A stretch of DNA of 61,342 nucleotides, filler included, from Sphacelaria rigidula (taxonomy: Eukaryota), in NCBI GenBank assembly GCA_964200075.2. It is 5 parts of 5 records of this genome, joined end to end, with 100 filler letters (N's around TTAATTAATTAA, not from the genome) between each part and the next. Parts side by side here need not be neighbours in the genome. Positions count along the whole stretch, not along the records: positions 36,870 to 49,057 come from CAXNAA020004028.1; positions 49,158 to 61,342 come from CAXNAA020004029.1; 3 more parts are not named here. One strand, given 5' to 3'. The translations under genes and the position numbers were made by a program. Under the pieces are notes generated by a model. That model saw only the letters and a program-made list of their open reading frames with translations. It had not been told where the DNA came from and searched no databases. Positions 36,870 to 49,519 of the stretch are shown here, in pieces (positions within the stretch are counted from its first letter, which is position 1; each line of letters starts with the position of its first letter).

Positions 36870-39800
36870 CCACGACGCAAAAAGCACACTCTGCTCCGTG
36901 CCCACTGCTGTGGAGGATCGAAACACGTCCGTTGTCACGGCCCTGAGTTTTGGTGATTTGATGTACAGCACGTTTTGCGTTGACGTTCAAAATCGGATGC
37001 GAACCACGCAGCGGATGATTATAGGTGTCGGATGCATCCGACTTTAGAACCACACGGGAACAAGAACCGAACGAAATGATGCGGACGGTCCACAACGAAC
37101 ACTGCCGAATCGGATTCACCCGTACAAACGAACCAAAGCGAGCTGAGTCGAGCCGACACAAACGCAAAGTCCAGCATCAAAACGCATATACTGTAGTGCT
37201 GTACTGTAGTGCTGTACTGTAGTGCCGTGCGACAAACACCACTCCGATACAGCCCACGGAATACCGAATCTTGGTTGAGTAGATGTACAAGTCACCTTGC
37301 GGAGGGTCGGTCGCCACCCGGCGTCATCGAAACGCCATCCGCATAGTCAGCGTCCACCATGGACCGGATCTGGTCAAGTTTGCCACAAAAAAGGACAGGT
37401 AACCATCAATCGTCGTGGATACGGTAGTATCAATTTGGTGGCAGCTTTCATTCCTTTCCCAGTGCGATGCTCACCCAAATACTGATCGCCATGACGAAGA
37501 TCTATCGTTTGATAGTACGCATTCTACATTTGCGATGACGTTGATAAATTCGATCACAGCGCCACTGCAGTACCTGCGGTACCAAGATACGATTACGTAG
37601 GAGGGGTGAAACAAGCCACCCGTATCTACCGCAGGCTGGTTTCGTCACGGGAACAAAGGCAATTTGTTCACGGGATTGAGGGATGCGCGTCCCAATATCC
37701 GTCATGATTGCAATCCACACCAAACAGCTCAGAAATTCAGCAGCTTGGGAGGACATGACCATACAAAGCAACGAAGCAAAACAAGATTGAAAACAAGAAC
37801 AACACGAACATGGTGGGAATGACAGGAGTAGAGGAACAAGTAGAGCGAAGAAACTCAGAAACAAAACAAAACAGGAACACGAACACGAACAGGAACGGTA
37901 ACACAATCATGGTACATCGTTAGGGTTGCAAGCCATCGGAAGAAGTCAACAACCGATGGGATAAGATAGGGCTACCAGTTTCCCTGCTACTCCCCCCCCT
38001 TGTCCCTTTGCTCCGTCTCGAAAGGGATGCGTGGTCAATGGTCAAACGACTAAGGCAAGCAACAACTTAGTACCCCCTCCCCCTTTTTGGCCCTCGTTGC
38101 AGGCAAAGCGAGACACTCTCTCGATCATTATCGTCTTGGATTTCCCGTGAACTTTGCTGATGTTGTTAGTCCAGCGGTGGCGGCTCTCCTATTCGTGGCT
38201 CTGAATACGACGCACTCTCGTTCGTTAAGTGGATTGGATCAGCGTAGGTCTTCGTATCACCACGCCTTGCTCGACTCTTGCGTTCCTTCCCCGGCGCTGA
38301 TATGTCATTCGACCTGGTTCTCAGCGGGCACCAAGCCGATCCTGCAAATACTTCACCGTCGTACCATAGGCCGAGTACTTCCTTTGTTTTCCACTGCGCG
38401 GGATATCCCTTCAGGCAGACATGCTCTTTCGGAGGCGGTCGCCCCGGTGTTTCGAAACCGGGTCCTCCTTGTGCGGTTAACCTTCTGGACATTATGCCCT
38501 TCAGAAGACGTATTTCTTCCTGATGGACAAGGGTCTAGCGACCATAGTTGGTGCTCGCGAATAGTCGTGTTGATACGTTGACATATCGTCGTCACACGTG
38601 TAGCTCTGGAACAAGGAGCCTTTTTATTATGTTCCTATTTCTTTGTGTTTGATCCCCGTCTAACCTCGTACTATTACCTCTCTCTATTTCGCGTTTTTCC
38701 TCGGTCCATTTTCTCTAGATACATTTGCCCCCGACTCTGGTATTACGAGGAGGGTGTAGCCACCACAGCCCGCGTCGGTCACTAGCTCCAGCTCGCCGAA
38801 ACGTGAATCTACTCCCTCGTGTCTCATTTCCATCCACGCATTTTCCGTCACTTTGTACGGCTTCCTCACCGGAAGCCATGCGATAGGAGCCTGCCGTTTT
38901 CTATGTTTTTTTCGGAAACGGAACTTCAGTAGATCTCAGCCTGGCATTGTCGTTCTTGTGTGCATCGTTTTGCTTTTCCTCTACATGTTTTTTGCTCATT
39001 GTGTTACTGTATTCGTTTCCTCTCTGCTGTGTCTGTGCCTTCGTCTTTTCCATCTGCCTTCTCGAGTTTCCTCGGCAAGTGCTCCTAATAATAATTCTTT
39101 GGGTACGTTGATGCTGTGACTACGACTGGATTCGTAGCGGATACGTTGATGTGCGGCAATCAAGGTCAATCATTCGAATCAATCGAGAGTCCTAATTCTG
39201 GATAAACCTCCGCAGCTGCGGGGTCGAGCTTTAACCCCACACTGTCGGCACAGCCCACCGACTAGACTGCACATTGCAATCACCACTGATACACTACACA
39301 GACTAGTCTGCAAGCCATCAAACTCTCCTCTATGCGTGGGGTCGTGCCGCCTGCTTGCTGGTCGGGTTTGGTCTGTCCGACACGAACATTCTCCGTGGAG
39401 CGGCCGTCGAGGGTGGATTGTACACCGTAAATTGTGCTCTACTCAAAGGGCTCCTAGACTACAATTTTTGAACACCCCAAAACGATATGCGGAAAATGCA
39501 CCTGCGTCACGTTCGCCGATCCCCAGAGCGTGAAGTTGAGATTGTTTCCGGTGCCATCGTAGCTCCTCGGGACAAAGCCAAATATCCCCCATACAGATGC
39601 TGGAAGCAACAGAAGCAAAATAGGGAGACTCGACCCCATTTCTTCATTCAGTGGCGAAGATGTATCAACCAGCCATCCAGCGCTGCCAGTATTATGGGAT
39701 CCACGTGAAACCTGCATCAACCGGAACGTCACCGCAGCATTTTCCCTGAATGAATTCCACAGAAATTAGATACGACATTTGGATGTGACCTCGAGTGTGC

Positions 39801-41599
39801 CGTACAGTAGTGGGCGATCTAACTATTCAGTTTGTGGCATTTTATGGTTTTTTCGTAATTGGCGATTTAATTGGGCTCTTTTCGCTTGCCACCGCCTTTC
39901 ACATCAGGGATCTGAAGATGTTTGTATCCGCTCCACATTCCAACAAAGAAAAATCATCTCTGCTCAATATTGAGTGACTTACGGGCTGTCCGGTCATCGG
40001 GGGTCCTGCCACGTTCCAGCCCAGATTCTTACTCTTGTGTATTTTCGGTCGATCGAGCCCGTCCCGATCATATTTGTGAAAAAATTTACAGGTTTATTTT
40101 TTTCGAAATTCTGCCTCCTCATTGCACTAAGGCCGAAAACTGTGTTTCACGATCAAGAACACCCTCCTGATTTCTGGTTTTTACTCGTTTCGCCCGATGA
40201 CACCAACTAACGCTGACTTGGGCACTGTGTTTCGAGGATGATCTGCTTCGTTGTGCCAAAATCTACCGATGCTAGCAATTTCGGGATTTACCGAAGAGAA
40301 GTACGCGAGGAAAACCCCAAAACACCCCTGAAGAGTGAGACCGCCTACTACTTTAGATTGCGACGAGCTTCGGCTTCGGCGACGGGGAAAGGGTAGGAAG
40401 AGGGTACTTACGCAGGTAGTGAACTATGATGCAGCTACAGTTATTCCCGTATTGTATTCGTTGAAAGTACTCCGTATCGTATTGGATTCCTGCCATTGAC
40501 TCTAGCTTGGACGGTCAACTTGACGGCATCAACCCGCGCAAAACACCCCCCTTGACATCAACCCGCGCAAAACGTGTCCTGATAGTAGCGATCTTCCGCA
40601 AGCACACTTCCTCGTATTGTCTAAAAAAGTGAAGGGTTCCCTCGCTGCTAAAATTTGTTTCCAATATATGATCATGATCCTGAAATGGGTGACAACCACG
40701 TGTAGCGATGAGATGGGTGACAGCCACGCTTAGCGATGAGATGGGTGACAGCCACGCGTGAAGAGAGCATTTCCGACAAGATTCAAAACTAGTGTGTCTT
40801 TTGATATAGTTTACACAAGCTAGACCTTTGCGGTGATCTGACCAAATATTACTTGTCTCGCTTTGCTGCCTTTGAAACCCTACCTGGCAGTGTGAAACCT
40901 GGACTCGGTATATCATCACAGCTAACCCCGGGATATCGCCTCTCAAGGACATATGGCAATTCATAACACGAGGCTATCTTAGCACCCACGGCCCCACCGG
41001 GATATCGCCCCCGTGCGACAGACATTTAGGAACGAAACCTCGCCGGGGGCGGTATATGTACACCATTACTTCACAACATGTTGACAAAATGTGGCGTGAA
41101 TACAACAGAATCGTGTACAGTATTTTGCATCTTGAATGGACGCCATGATGACCAGATCCACACTACTGCGGAGGCATGTGGACAACGGAACCTGCCCATA
41201 TCCCACCCAATGTTGGAGTAATTTGGCGAACTTGGTGCAAGATAACGGTTGGATGACGATGGGGTTGGTCGGGGAAAACGGGGGCGGGGGGTAAGAGGAA
41301 ATAAATTGCGTCACAGCATTCATACAAGAGTCACACTCCTCGCCAGCTGGGGGATACGGGGCGCTCGTTTGCTCGCCAAATATTGACAGCCGTGTAGCCA
41401 ACGAGTGCGGAATATGACCGCACGAAGAAGCAGAGCAAACCCAAGAGGCAGAACGCGGTACGAAACCAAGACGAACCCTCTGAACGCCGGTAGATCGATA
41501 CCCGAGTCTCACAGTTTATCAAGTAAAAATGATACTCATTCAACAAATGGTCACCCATGATCGGCTAAGAGGTTGAAATGCTCGGGACGCCAACGAGAG

Positions 41600-42130
41600 C
41601 GACGGACTTTCCTAGGAGAATCAAGTGTATCTTTCGTTCCCTCGTTCAACAAAGAGGGGCATGCGCCAAAGAGGCAGCTCAAAGTGTACCGGGAGGAAAG
41701 GGGCGGGTGCGTACGAAAGTCCACGATGCAACAATTTGCTCTCGTGTCGAGATATGTCTACCTACAACGAGATATCGCAGAATACAGGACTAAACATTTG
41801 TTTGGCATGAAATCCTTGTTTCTAAACGTAAAACCCACTTGGGCACTTCAACTCTTCGGTGGCTTCAACTAAAGCGCCCAACGTTACCCTGTTTGATAGT
41901 GTTCGATAGATATACCAAAGCTTGTGATACATCCTTGAGCCATTCGAAAGGGCAGTGCCGTTGCAACGAGACAAGCTGCCCAGAAAAAGAATGTGGCGAA
42001 AACCTTGGCAGCCCCGCGAATTGCTACACCTGGTCATCATACCACAAGCCCCGTCGTGAAGCTGTAAGCCAGAGCTTACGTTGGAGCCACGTCGCGAGAC
42101 CTGTCTCGGTCGACTTGATGCGCTAGATGC
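41600..42130 (+). pseudogene. piggyBac-like transposase remnant
   Basis: The fragments ..KEGHAPKRQLKVY..RKSTMQQFALVSRYVYL.. and ..DTSLSHSKGQCRC...CGE...ANCYTWS.. resemble the PGBD P..xDYW / MSRxRF..I.R.L and DE.M..FKGR..KPxKxG..GY blocks. Many stops and frameshifts; recognised by eye only. Confidence 0.4.
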
Positions 42131-43164
42131 ATACTCGTGAATCATGGTCTACCAATCCCTGAAAAAAAGTCGGTCTCTTTATCTCACTGTCTGTAGCAGT
42201 TCTTCACGCATTTTCCCAACAATTTCTAGCTGATGACGTATATACGGGGCGATGGGGTACCCGTTTGGTGGACCCAGGTTGAAGCCACCAAAAAAGCATG
42301 ACGGACGTTGGTAGTAGCGGAGGGAGCAAACCCGTCTGAGTAGGCGTTGCACTCACTACGTATTGGCGGGGCTGCGCAATTTTCAGCAGAAGGAGTTCGC
42401 CTGACAAATTGCAGAAAGAAGGGAGGTGGAAGTCGGATATCTATCAGATGTACGTGAGAAAGAATGGTGAGAGTGCAAAGAGGGAGCCTAGCGCCTGGGG
42501 GAAGGAATTGACCGGGAGGTGGAAGCAACCAGGAGAAGGGACCTGTTGGAATGGACTGTAAAATGTTTGAGCATATATCTATGGATTGTGTGAGAGAAGA
42601 TAGGCTATGGCAACCACAGGCGAAGCGAATCTGTGTTTTGGAGGTCTGGGGATAATTAACATGATGAGAAAAATATATATCCGTAGAGAATATCCGTGCT
42701 CAGAAAATAACCGGCAACGTGGTTTGGTGGCTAGCAGGGACCTAGGGTACTGCCAGTTGGCGTTTTCAGTTTATTGGCGAATACTTGCATTCAGAGTGGC
42801 TGGCATTAGGCTTTTGCTTCTTGTGCTTTCGCATAATTCGTATAAAGTATGCGTTCTTGTTTTTCGGTCTTGCACACTAAACTCAAGCAATTGTAACGCC
42901 TCGGCGGGTTTTCCGCTTCAAAATGACCTCCTTTTGAACAAGGCGCATGATTGTTTTGGAAAAAGCGTTGAAGCAAAAAACTACCTGGCATCTTGGGGAA
43001 ATGCCCCCCCTCCCCCCCCTCCCCACGCCTGCCCTATGCACAGGGCGTTTGCACAAATCCGAAAGCCTTGTACAAAGCGGATCATTCCCAATCGAGGGGA
43101 AAATGTGTTCCGTAGGAGCAAAAGAATTTATGATCACCCAATTGGATTCAATTGATTTCACACA

Positions 43165-44160
43165 TTTACTATCAGCGTGGTTCCACGTCTGCCAGGGACT
43201 CAGACAAGGCTGCGTTTCGTCTCCGCTGTTGTTCAACATCTTTGGAGCAGGCTTGGTGGGCGTGATTGTTCAGCGGATTGCGGCGGGCCCAGTCATTGTC
43301 TCAGACTTGATATTTCTAGATGATGCGCCAAAAGGTGACGGTGGTGAACCCGCGGAAGACACACCGCTGGAAAAGGTGCGACGCAGTGTGTGGGCAATGC
43401 TCTATGCGGATGACGCCGGCATAGCCTCGAGGACCCCAGAGAGCCTTGCTCGAATGATGGCCGTGGTAGTGATGACCTGCCAGGAATTCCGCTTGATGGT
43501 CTCCGAGAGCAAGACAGAATCCATGCGCCTTTGGTCAGTACCCAGTCCCACGGAGGCCGCCCTGGATATCAAAGCTGCCAGTCAACGATATAAGCAGACA
43601 GGTTCATCTACCTTGGTGGAGCTATCAGCGCGGATGCGAAAATGTCAATTGAAACCGACCGTCGTATCAGCGCGGCGTGGGCGCGTATCCGAAAATATAG
43701 TTCCCAACTCTACAACCGACCCAACGTCGAGCCACCTCTGGGAGTTCGATCGCTTAAAGCGGAGGTAGAAGCTCTGTTGGATGGGTGTGCCTATCGGGCG
43801 ATACGTTCTGAGGACTTCGACAGTCTGCGAGTGGCTGGATTCTGCAGGAAAGATCGAAATGGCTACAAGTCTATTTCGTTTCGTGAAGAGCGGTGCTCGA
43901 GATGATCAGCTGCGAACGTATCAAGACGATTATCCGTGAACGTCGACTCCGGTTCGCGGGAGCCCTTGTCCGGCAGAAGGAAACACGCCTTCCTAAGCAC
44001 GTGATGAACGGTCGGTTAACCGCACGAGGGCCCAAGGAGGCCGGTTGCCCCTCCAAGCAATGGGAGGATACCCTCCAGGAGTACCTACGTGCACTAGGGG
44101 CTGTCCCGCACAAAGGAGCCCGACGGAAGCAAGTGATTTGTTCACGGTGTAGAGGTTAAC
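43165..44160 (+). mobile_element. 5'-truncated non-LTR retrotransposon (RTE-like LINE), reverse transcriptase fragment, frameshifted
   Basis: SAWFHVCQGLRQGCVSSPLLFNIF, LYADD, FIYLGG.IS, RRISAAW and RRLRFAGALVR...RLPK.VM.G across three frames (ORFs 42947-43768, 43642-43905, 43893-44159). Confidence 0.93.
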
Positions 44161-44779
44161 GATACATACGATTGGGTTTGACGAAAATACGCCGTTACGT
44201 TGAGTTGGTAGTTATCATATGAATACTGACCGGGGGCACGGAGATTCTAGAGGGTTCTGGATAATGACCGGGGACACGGAGATGGTATCTGCAGGTCTAG
44301 AAAGCTGGTGCCCCGGAAGGTCACTCCGATGATATGAGATGTTGTAAAGGCTGACAGCTGAAACTGAGGCCAGTAAGAAGACTGGGGAGTCCCTCAACAG
44401 CAGTGATCCAGCAGTTCTTCCACTCGCTGGCGTCACGATACCGACAATAGTGCTAGTGTTGGTGCTAAAAACCTGCTGGAAAGGAATTCGGCGAAAGGAG
44501 TATGGTAGCTGTGAAAACCTGTTCAACCACCGACGCGTGGAGAGGGTTCCAGCTGAGGAGGCTGCAGAAAGGCGGTTGGCCTATTGATTGATCCAGACTG
44601 GAGACTTGCTGCAGCTGCGTACAGCAGGAGTTTGGAGGCTCCTACGACTGTGTGGTGCGGCGACGAAGCAAGGAAAGTGCAACTCGCAAAGGTCCGCTGG
44701 CCTGCAAAGGTTCGCAGGTAACCGGTTACAGCTATAGCTATGGCTACCGGCTCACGAGATACGTCCACCGTGACACCCG

Positions 44780-46225
44780 TGGTCATGCGGGAAGAGTTGC
44801 GACCTTCCTAATACGGGGATAGGTACTAAGAGAGTACATCTCGCACTTTTTGCACGAGGTATTTGGAATACAAGAAGCGTGTGGAGCACGTTAATGCAAG
44901 GGTTGCCGTGTGGCATCAGGTGGTGACAATGGCTCAAGTCCCAACTCATGGACAGAGAGTGTTTGCTCGTTTGGAATATAATGAGAGCACCATCACCCCC
45001 CCGCAATTGGTTGCGGCGATCAAAAAGCATGCTGGGCATGCGGCGGGCGCCGAGGTAGATCTGACTCAAGCGTCCGCGGACGTGGCCGAAGCTGTCGCCA
45101 TGGATTCTCGGGGAAAAACGATGTTTGGAGCGGGTGGAGCCCATCTTGGCCAATTTGGAGAAGTACTTCACGGAAAATCCGAACGTGGAACTAGTATATC
45201 GTTCCCCCGATGGTGACTTCATTCCCGGCCCGACAGCAGTAATCGCTAAGGCTTCGGTGGAGGGATTGGCACCTGAAAATTCAAGCAAGCCGTGCTTATC
45301 AAGCTGCAGCACCAACCAGACTAGAAGGCCGACCCATACCTGGTGATCAGCACCGTCGTGGCCGAGGCCAAGAAGTGGCGGAATATGGAGGTGTTCGGCC
45401 AGTCGTCCACCTCTTCGCCGAAATCTTTGCGCAACCATGGCTCGAAATCGGCCGGTCGCGCCGCGAGTATTACTTGCCACACCTGTGGCCAGGTCGGCCA
45501 TTACGCGCGCGATTGTCCAACGTCTTCCGGTGGAGAGTCTGGGACTGCTGCCGAGATAGCCCCTCCCCGAACCGGCCAAAAAAGTGCACGGGGGCGATGA
45601 TCATAAACGCCGTTAGAGCTGGCTTGGTGCTGCACGACGCGACTCATTTGGGCGTTCCAGCTGATTTCGGACTGCTGCATGCCTCTCGTGTGGGTGAAAT
45701 CGCTGCAAACAACCCAAATAGTGGGATCGCAGTCGGTTTGTCGGACGGTCTCAGGTGCACTTTTTGTGGAGGGCTATCTCGGCACTAGTCCTGGGCAGTC
45801 TAGTGCCGCGCGCCATCAGCATCGTCAGCACAAGGGCAAAATACGAGGTAATCGTGGTGGCGGCGGTGGATCCTCCAGCGATGGAGGGTCGCAGGCGAGC
45901 CCTCAGCAGCAGCCGCAGCAGCAGTAGAATCAGCAGCAGCAGGGGCAGCGGCGTCAGCATGGGCCTGGCTCTGGGTCCGGCGCCGCTGTAGGTGCTGCTG
46001 CTCCGCAATGGGCGGTGCAGATGGACCTGACTTCTACAGAGGCGAACACTGCGCGCCGGGGCCGGTGGTGGCGCCGGCGGCGACACCTGAAGCAGCGCCA
46101 GACGCGACGCCTGTTGATGCGTTGGTCGGAGGTTCGCCAAATTCTTGGTTTGCTGGCTGGGGGGCGTACCCGCCGGCGAAGCCGTTTGAACCTGCCGGGG
46201 CATCTTCGCCTGTGCAACTTGCGCA
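44780..46225 (+). mobile_element. Ty3/Gypsy-like LTR retrotransposon gag region, decayed
   Basis: Overlapping frameshifted ORFs 44863-45600 with the zinc knuckle CHTCGQVGHYARDC, a second degenerate knuckle CTFCGGLSRH, and a Gly/Gln/Pro-rich linker. Confidence 0.75.
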
Positions 46226-46624
46226 GCTGTGGCGTCAAGTGGGATTGTCGAAACCCTCTGAAGGTTGGGTCGTGGGTTCAATTCTCGGAGCAATCTGGGA
46301 TTTTTTCTCACACAATGCTCAACAGTGGAGAGCGACTATGTCGTGGGTACACAAAAATCACCTTAACGGTCGACGAGGGAAAGGGAATGCTAAACCCCTC
46401 TCGCGATAGAAAATAATGGCAAGCACCGCAGAAGGAAGATGGGGTCCTGAAAACAAGTAAAAAAGAAAAAGCTCCTGTTTTGACCTTCCTCGTGTGTGAC
46501 CCCGGCTGGTGCGCCCACATATACCGAAAGGTGTAGACGTCCAGAGTAGATGGGACGACAACACACACACACACACACACAGACACACACAGACAGACAC
46601 ACACACACAGACACACACACACAG
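46223..46624 (+). mobile_element. tRNA-derived SINE with (CA)n tail, inserted in the Gypsy remnant
   Basis: A-box-like TGGCGTCAAGTGG, B-box GGTTCAATTC, a ~270-bp body and a (CA)n tail at 46560-46623. Near-direct repeat GCTGTGGCG (46226-46234) / GCTGCGGCG (46625-46633). Confidence 0.65.
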
Positions 46625-46694
46625 GCTGCGGCGGGTGTATACAGTTGTGGCTACATCATCGCACACAAACATGACAGGACTACGTTTAAACACT

Positions 46695-46940
46695 AACTCA
46701 GCGGCACACCCGGGAGTTGACGTTGCAGCATCTCAACCATCTGCACCGGCAGATTAGTGAAATGAGCGCCAGAATCCAACACAGACCGAACCACAATGGC
46801 TCCACGCTGCCGTTGATTTGGAAGACATAGCTCCGCCGGAATGTATCTGTCGGCAAGCTCCACGGAAACTTCTTCCGCCGACGGATGCGCCGCTAATACC
46901 AACTGAGCCACCGAGGCGACCGGTTCATGCGCGGGAAAAT
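46695..46940 (-). mobile_element. Retroelement aspartyl protease fragment (inverted relative to gag)
   Basis: The minus-strand ORF 46693-46992 contains IVVRSVLDSGAHFT, the retropepsin LD(S/T)GA motif. Confidence 0.7.
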
Positions 46941-48015
46941 AGTATACCGGGCAGATGGCATGATGGATACTGCTCTGAGTACTATACGACACATGGCCGT
47001 CTGCATGTCTGCACGCAAGGAGGGAAATGGACTCATGAAATCACACCATCATCGTACTACAAGTAACGTTGTCTGCTGTCTGCTGTGCGGACGGTACACC
47101 CTGTACAGCGAACAACAGGCAACAGTAGTACAGTGGTACAGTAGTAGTGCTATGCCGTACAGGGCTTGTTGTGCTCTGTACAGTAGTTGACAAATAGTAC
47201 GAGACAGGGACACTCTTTCACACTCCTACTACTCGTGCCGCCGCCTCGATATCCTGCACCGTACACAGTGTACAGACAGCGTGGTGTCTTGGACAATAGC
47301 AGTGCAACAGGCGGTATTCTCGATAATAAGCAGCTGATGCGTATGCAGTCGGTGTGTTGAGAGCATCCATTCAATCGAGCATGCGCGGTGCTTGGTTGAC
47401 CAAGAACCCAATAGGACTGTTGGCTTCTCAATATCGAGTAGAGAGCTCATCGTCGCTGACGTGTGTGGTCTCCTGCCCTACGACAAGAGCCTTTCTTGTC
47501 TGCCCTGCTGTGGACTGCTGTGGAGTGCGACTGACCGTTGTTTCGTGTGTGCAGGATTTCGATTTGAAACTGGGTTTTTTGTGGGGTTCATTGTGAGGTT
47601 TATTGTGGATTTGGTTTTGGAGGCGTTCGCGACCTGCGCCCTCGTCAAAGGGTATGACTTTAGCATGCTACCGTCATACCCTTAACCGTATATATATATA
47701 TATATATATATATACAGTCCTGCGTTGTCTGCACTGTAGTACTTTGCCCGCTTCCCTTTCACGTCTTACTGACTGCAGTTGTATGCGCATCCTGCAAAAA
47801 CCCTCGTATGTATACTGCAGTGGCTGACGGACGGCATATAACACCCCCAAATATCCAAACTTACAGGCATCCACTTTGTATAGCCAAACGTAGCGCATAT
47901 GTAAATCTGCAGTATTTTGCAACGCACCTACGAGCTGGGCAAGCCAAAAAACGGATTTAAGCTCTCAAAGCGATATCTCAACGACACAGACGAGTTGGGT
48001 CGTGATCCGCATATA

Positions 48016-48320
48016 ACAGCGGATCATCTATGTTGAGGATGGAGATTTTCATAGAGGATGAGAACCCGGACGATTAAAATCTTCGTATCCACACTAAATC
48101 TTCGGAATATGGTTCCATTCCTTTACCTACTGGTAGCTAATTATAACTGCTACATATATATCCTAAAAATTTGGATGTCAATAACCGAAATGTTGTGGTC
48201 CTACGGGAAAGGAATGGAACCATATTTATTTCGAAGATTTAGTGTCGATACGAAGATTTTAATCCTCCGGGTTCTCATCCTCAATGAAAATCTCCATCCT
48301 CAACATAGATGATCCGCTGT
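48016..48320. mobile_element. MITE family D with ~75-bp TIRs and TA(TA) flanks
   Basis: ACAGCGGATCATCTATGTTGAGGATGGAGATTTTCAT.GAGGATGAGAACCCGGA.GATTAAAATCTTCGTATC and its reverse complement ending ...GATCCGCTGT, with TATA on both sides. Confidence 0.88.
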
Positions 48321-48987
48321 TATATATATCGTATTCATCGTCTAATCAAGGGGAAGGTGCTCATCTACTCAAAAATCTGGACCATTTTTTTTCTCGTCGA
48401 GTAAACCCCATGTATAGTAATTCCTTCAACCTAGCGGAGATAGCGTCCCCACTAAAATCTATATGAAACCCCGAACGGTCGATCAAGCGGACGATGACGA
48501 TTTTTGGTGTGGACCTTCCCTGGAGGACGGGGATACGATAGATACCCTCACTTTCACCTAATTTGTCATCTACCTCGAGAAATGGCGCACAAAAGGTTCT
48601 ATACTAAAATCAGTATATTACGAGCAGAGGCACTAGATGACCTAAATCTGGATATCGCGTCTCAGTTGTCCTATGAAATTTGGTATGGAGAACCGCTAGT
48701 GCATCATGAAATAAAATACACAGCTGTTTCGGGGGGTTTCCGTTTTTTTCTCATATTTTTCGTGTTTTTAGGGGGGTTTGAGGAGAGATGAACATTGCTC
48801 TTGGGCCTTATCTCATTTTTTCAGCTCAAGTTTTAGAATTGTGATTTGGAACTTGGCATGGAGAAAGACAGAGGTATGCTGAGTGAAAAAAAAAATGGGC
48901 CTTCATTTTTTTTAATTTCATGAGAGGTTCGGGCGTTTTCGTAAAAAAATGGTCGTTACCATACTAAAACGCCCTCAATCAGTGAAA

Positions 48988-49057
48988 GAGCAATGCTACG
49001 GTAGGGGTGCACTTTTTTCGCGAAACTTTGTCTGGTTCAGGGGCTCCTAGCGATTCT
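48988..49057 (-). mobile_element. MITE family A, copy 6 (cut by scaffold end)
   Basis: GAGCAATGCTACGGTAGGGGTGCACTTTTTTCGCGAAA... runs into the spacer. Confidence 0.8.
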
Positions 49058-49157
49058 NNNNNNNNNNNNNNNNNNNNNNNNNNNNNNNNNNNNNNNNNNN
49101 NTTAATTAATTAANNNNNNNNNNNNNNNNNNNNNNNNNNNNNNNNNNNNNNNNNNNN
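49058..49157. other. Artificial scaffold-joining spacer
   Basis: N44-TTAATTAATTAA-N44. Confidence 0.97.
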
Positions 49158-49519
49158 GACCATGGCATGCATGATCATGAGTACACTCCCGGGGGGGGGG
49201 GGGGGAACAAGTTTACGACACAAAACGCGCAGAGTACGAAGGTGAATGGTAATATTATTGCAAAGATACCTCACTTCATCAAACAAGGCGGTGACGTCAG
49301 TAGAGAAATCTTCCTTCTCCATCGGGTCCGCCTGGCAAAAACGTTGCAGTTTACGGAAACGAGAAAACTCTCAACTACAGAAAATCAGGATCAACCTTAC
49401 TGTGGGATGGAATAATGGGCATGTTTTTTTACGTAAAATTATTGCAAGGATATACCGCAAAACATCAAGGCCTGGCGTGCGCGGCATTTCAAGTTAACTT
49501 CCAACAAGCGTCATCATCT

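Noticed and set aside
44752..45579. 275-aa minus-strand ORF
   Set aside because: It is the antisense shadow of the GC-rich gag region and has no recognisable motifs.
46223..46300. Functional tRNA gene
   Set aside because: A and B boxes are present, but the acceptor and anticodon stems do not pair, and the sequence continues into a SINE-like body and (CA)n tail.
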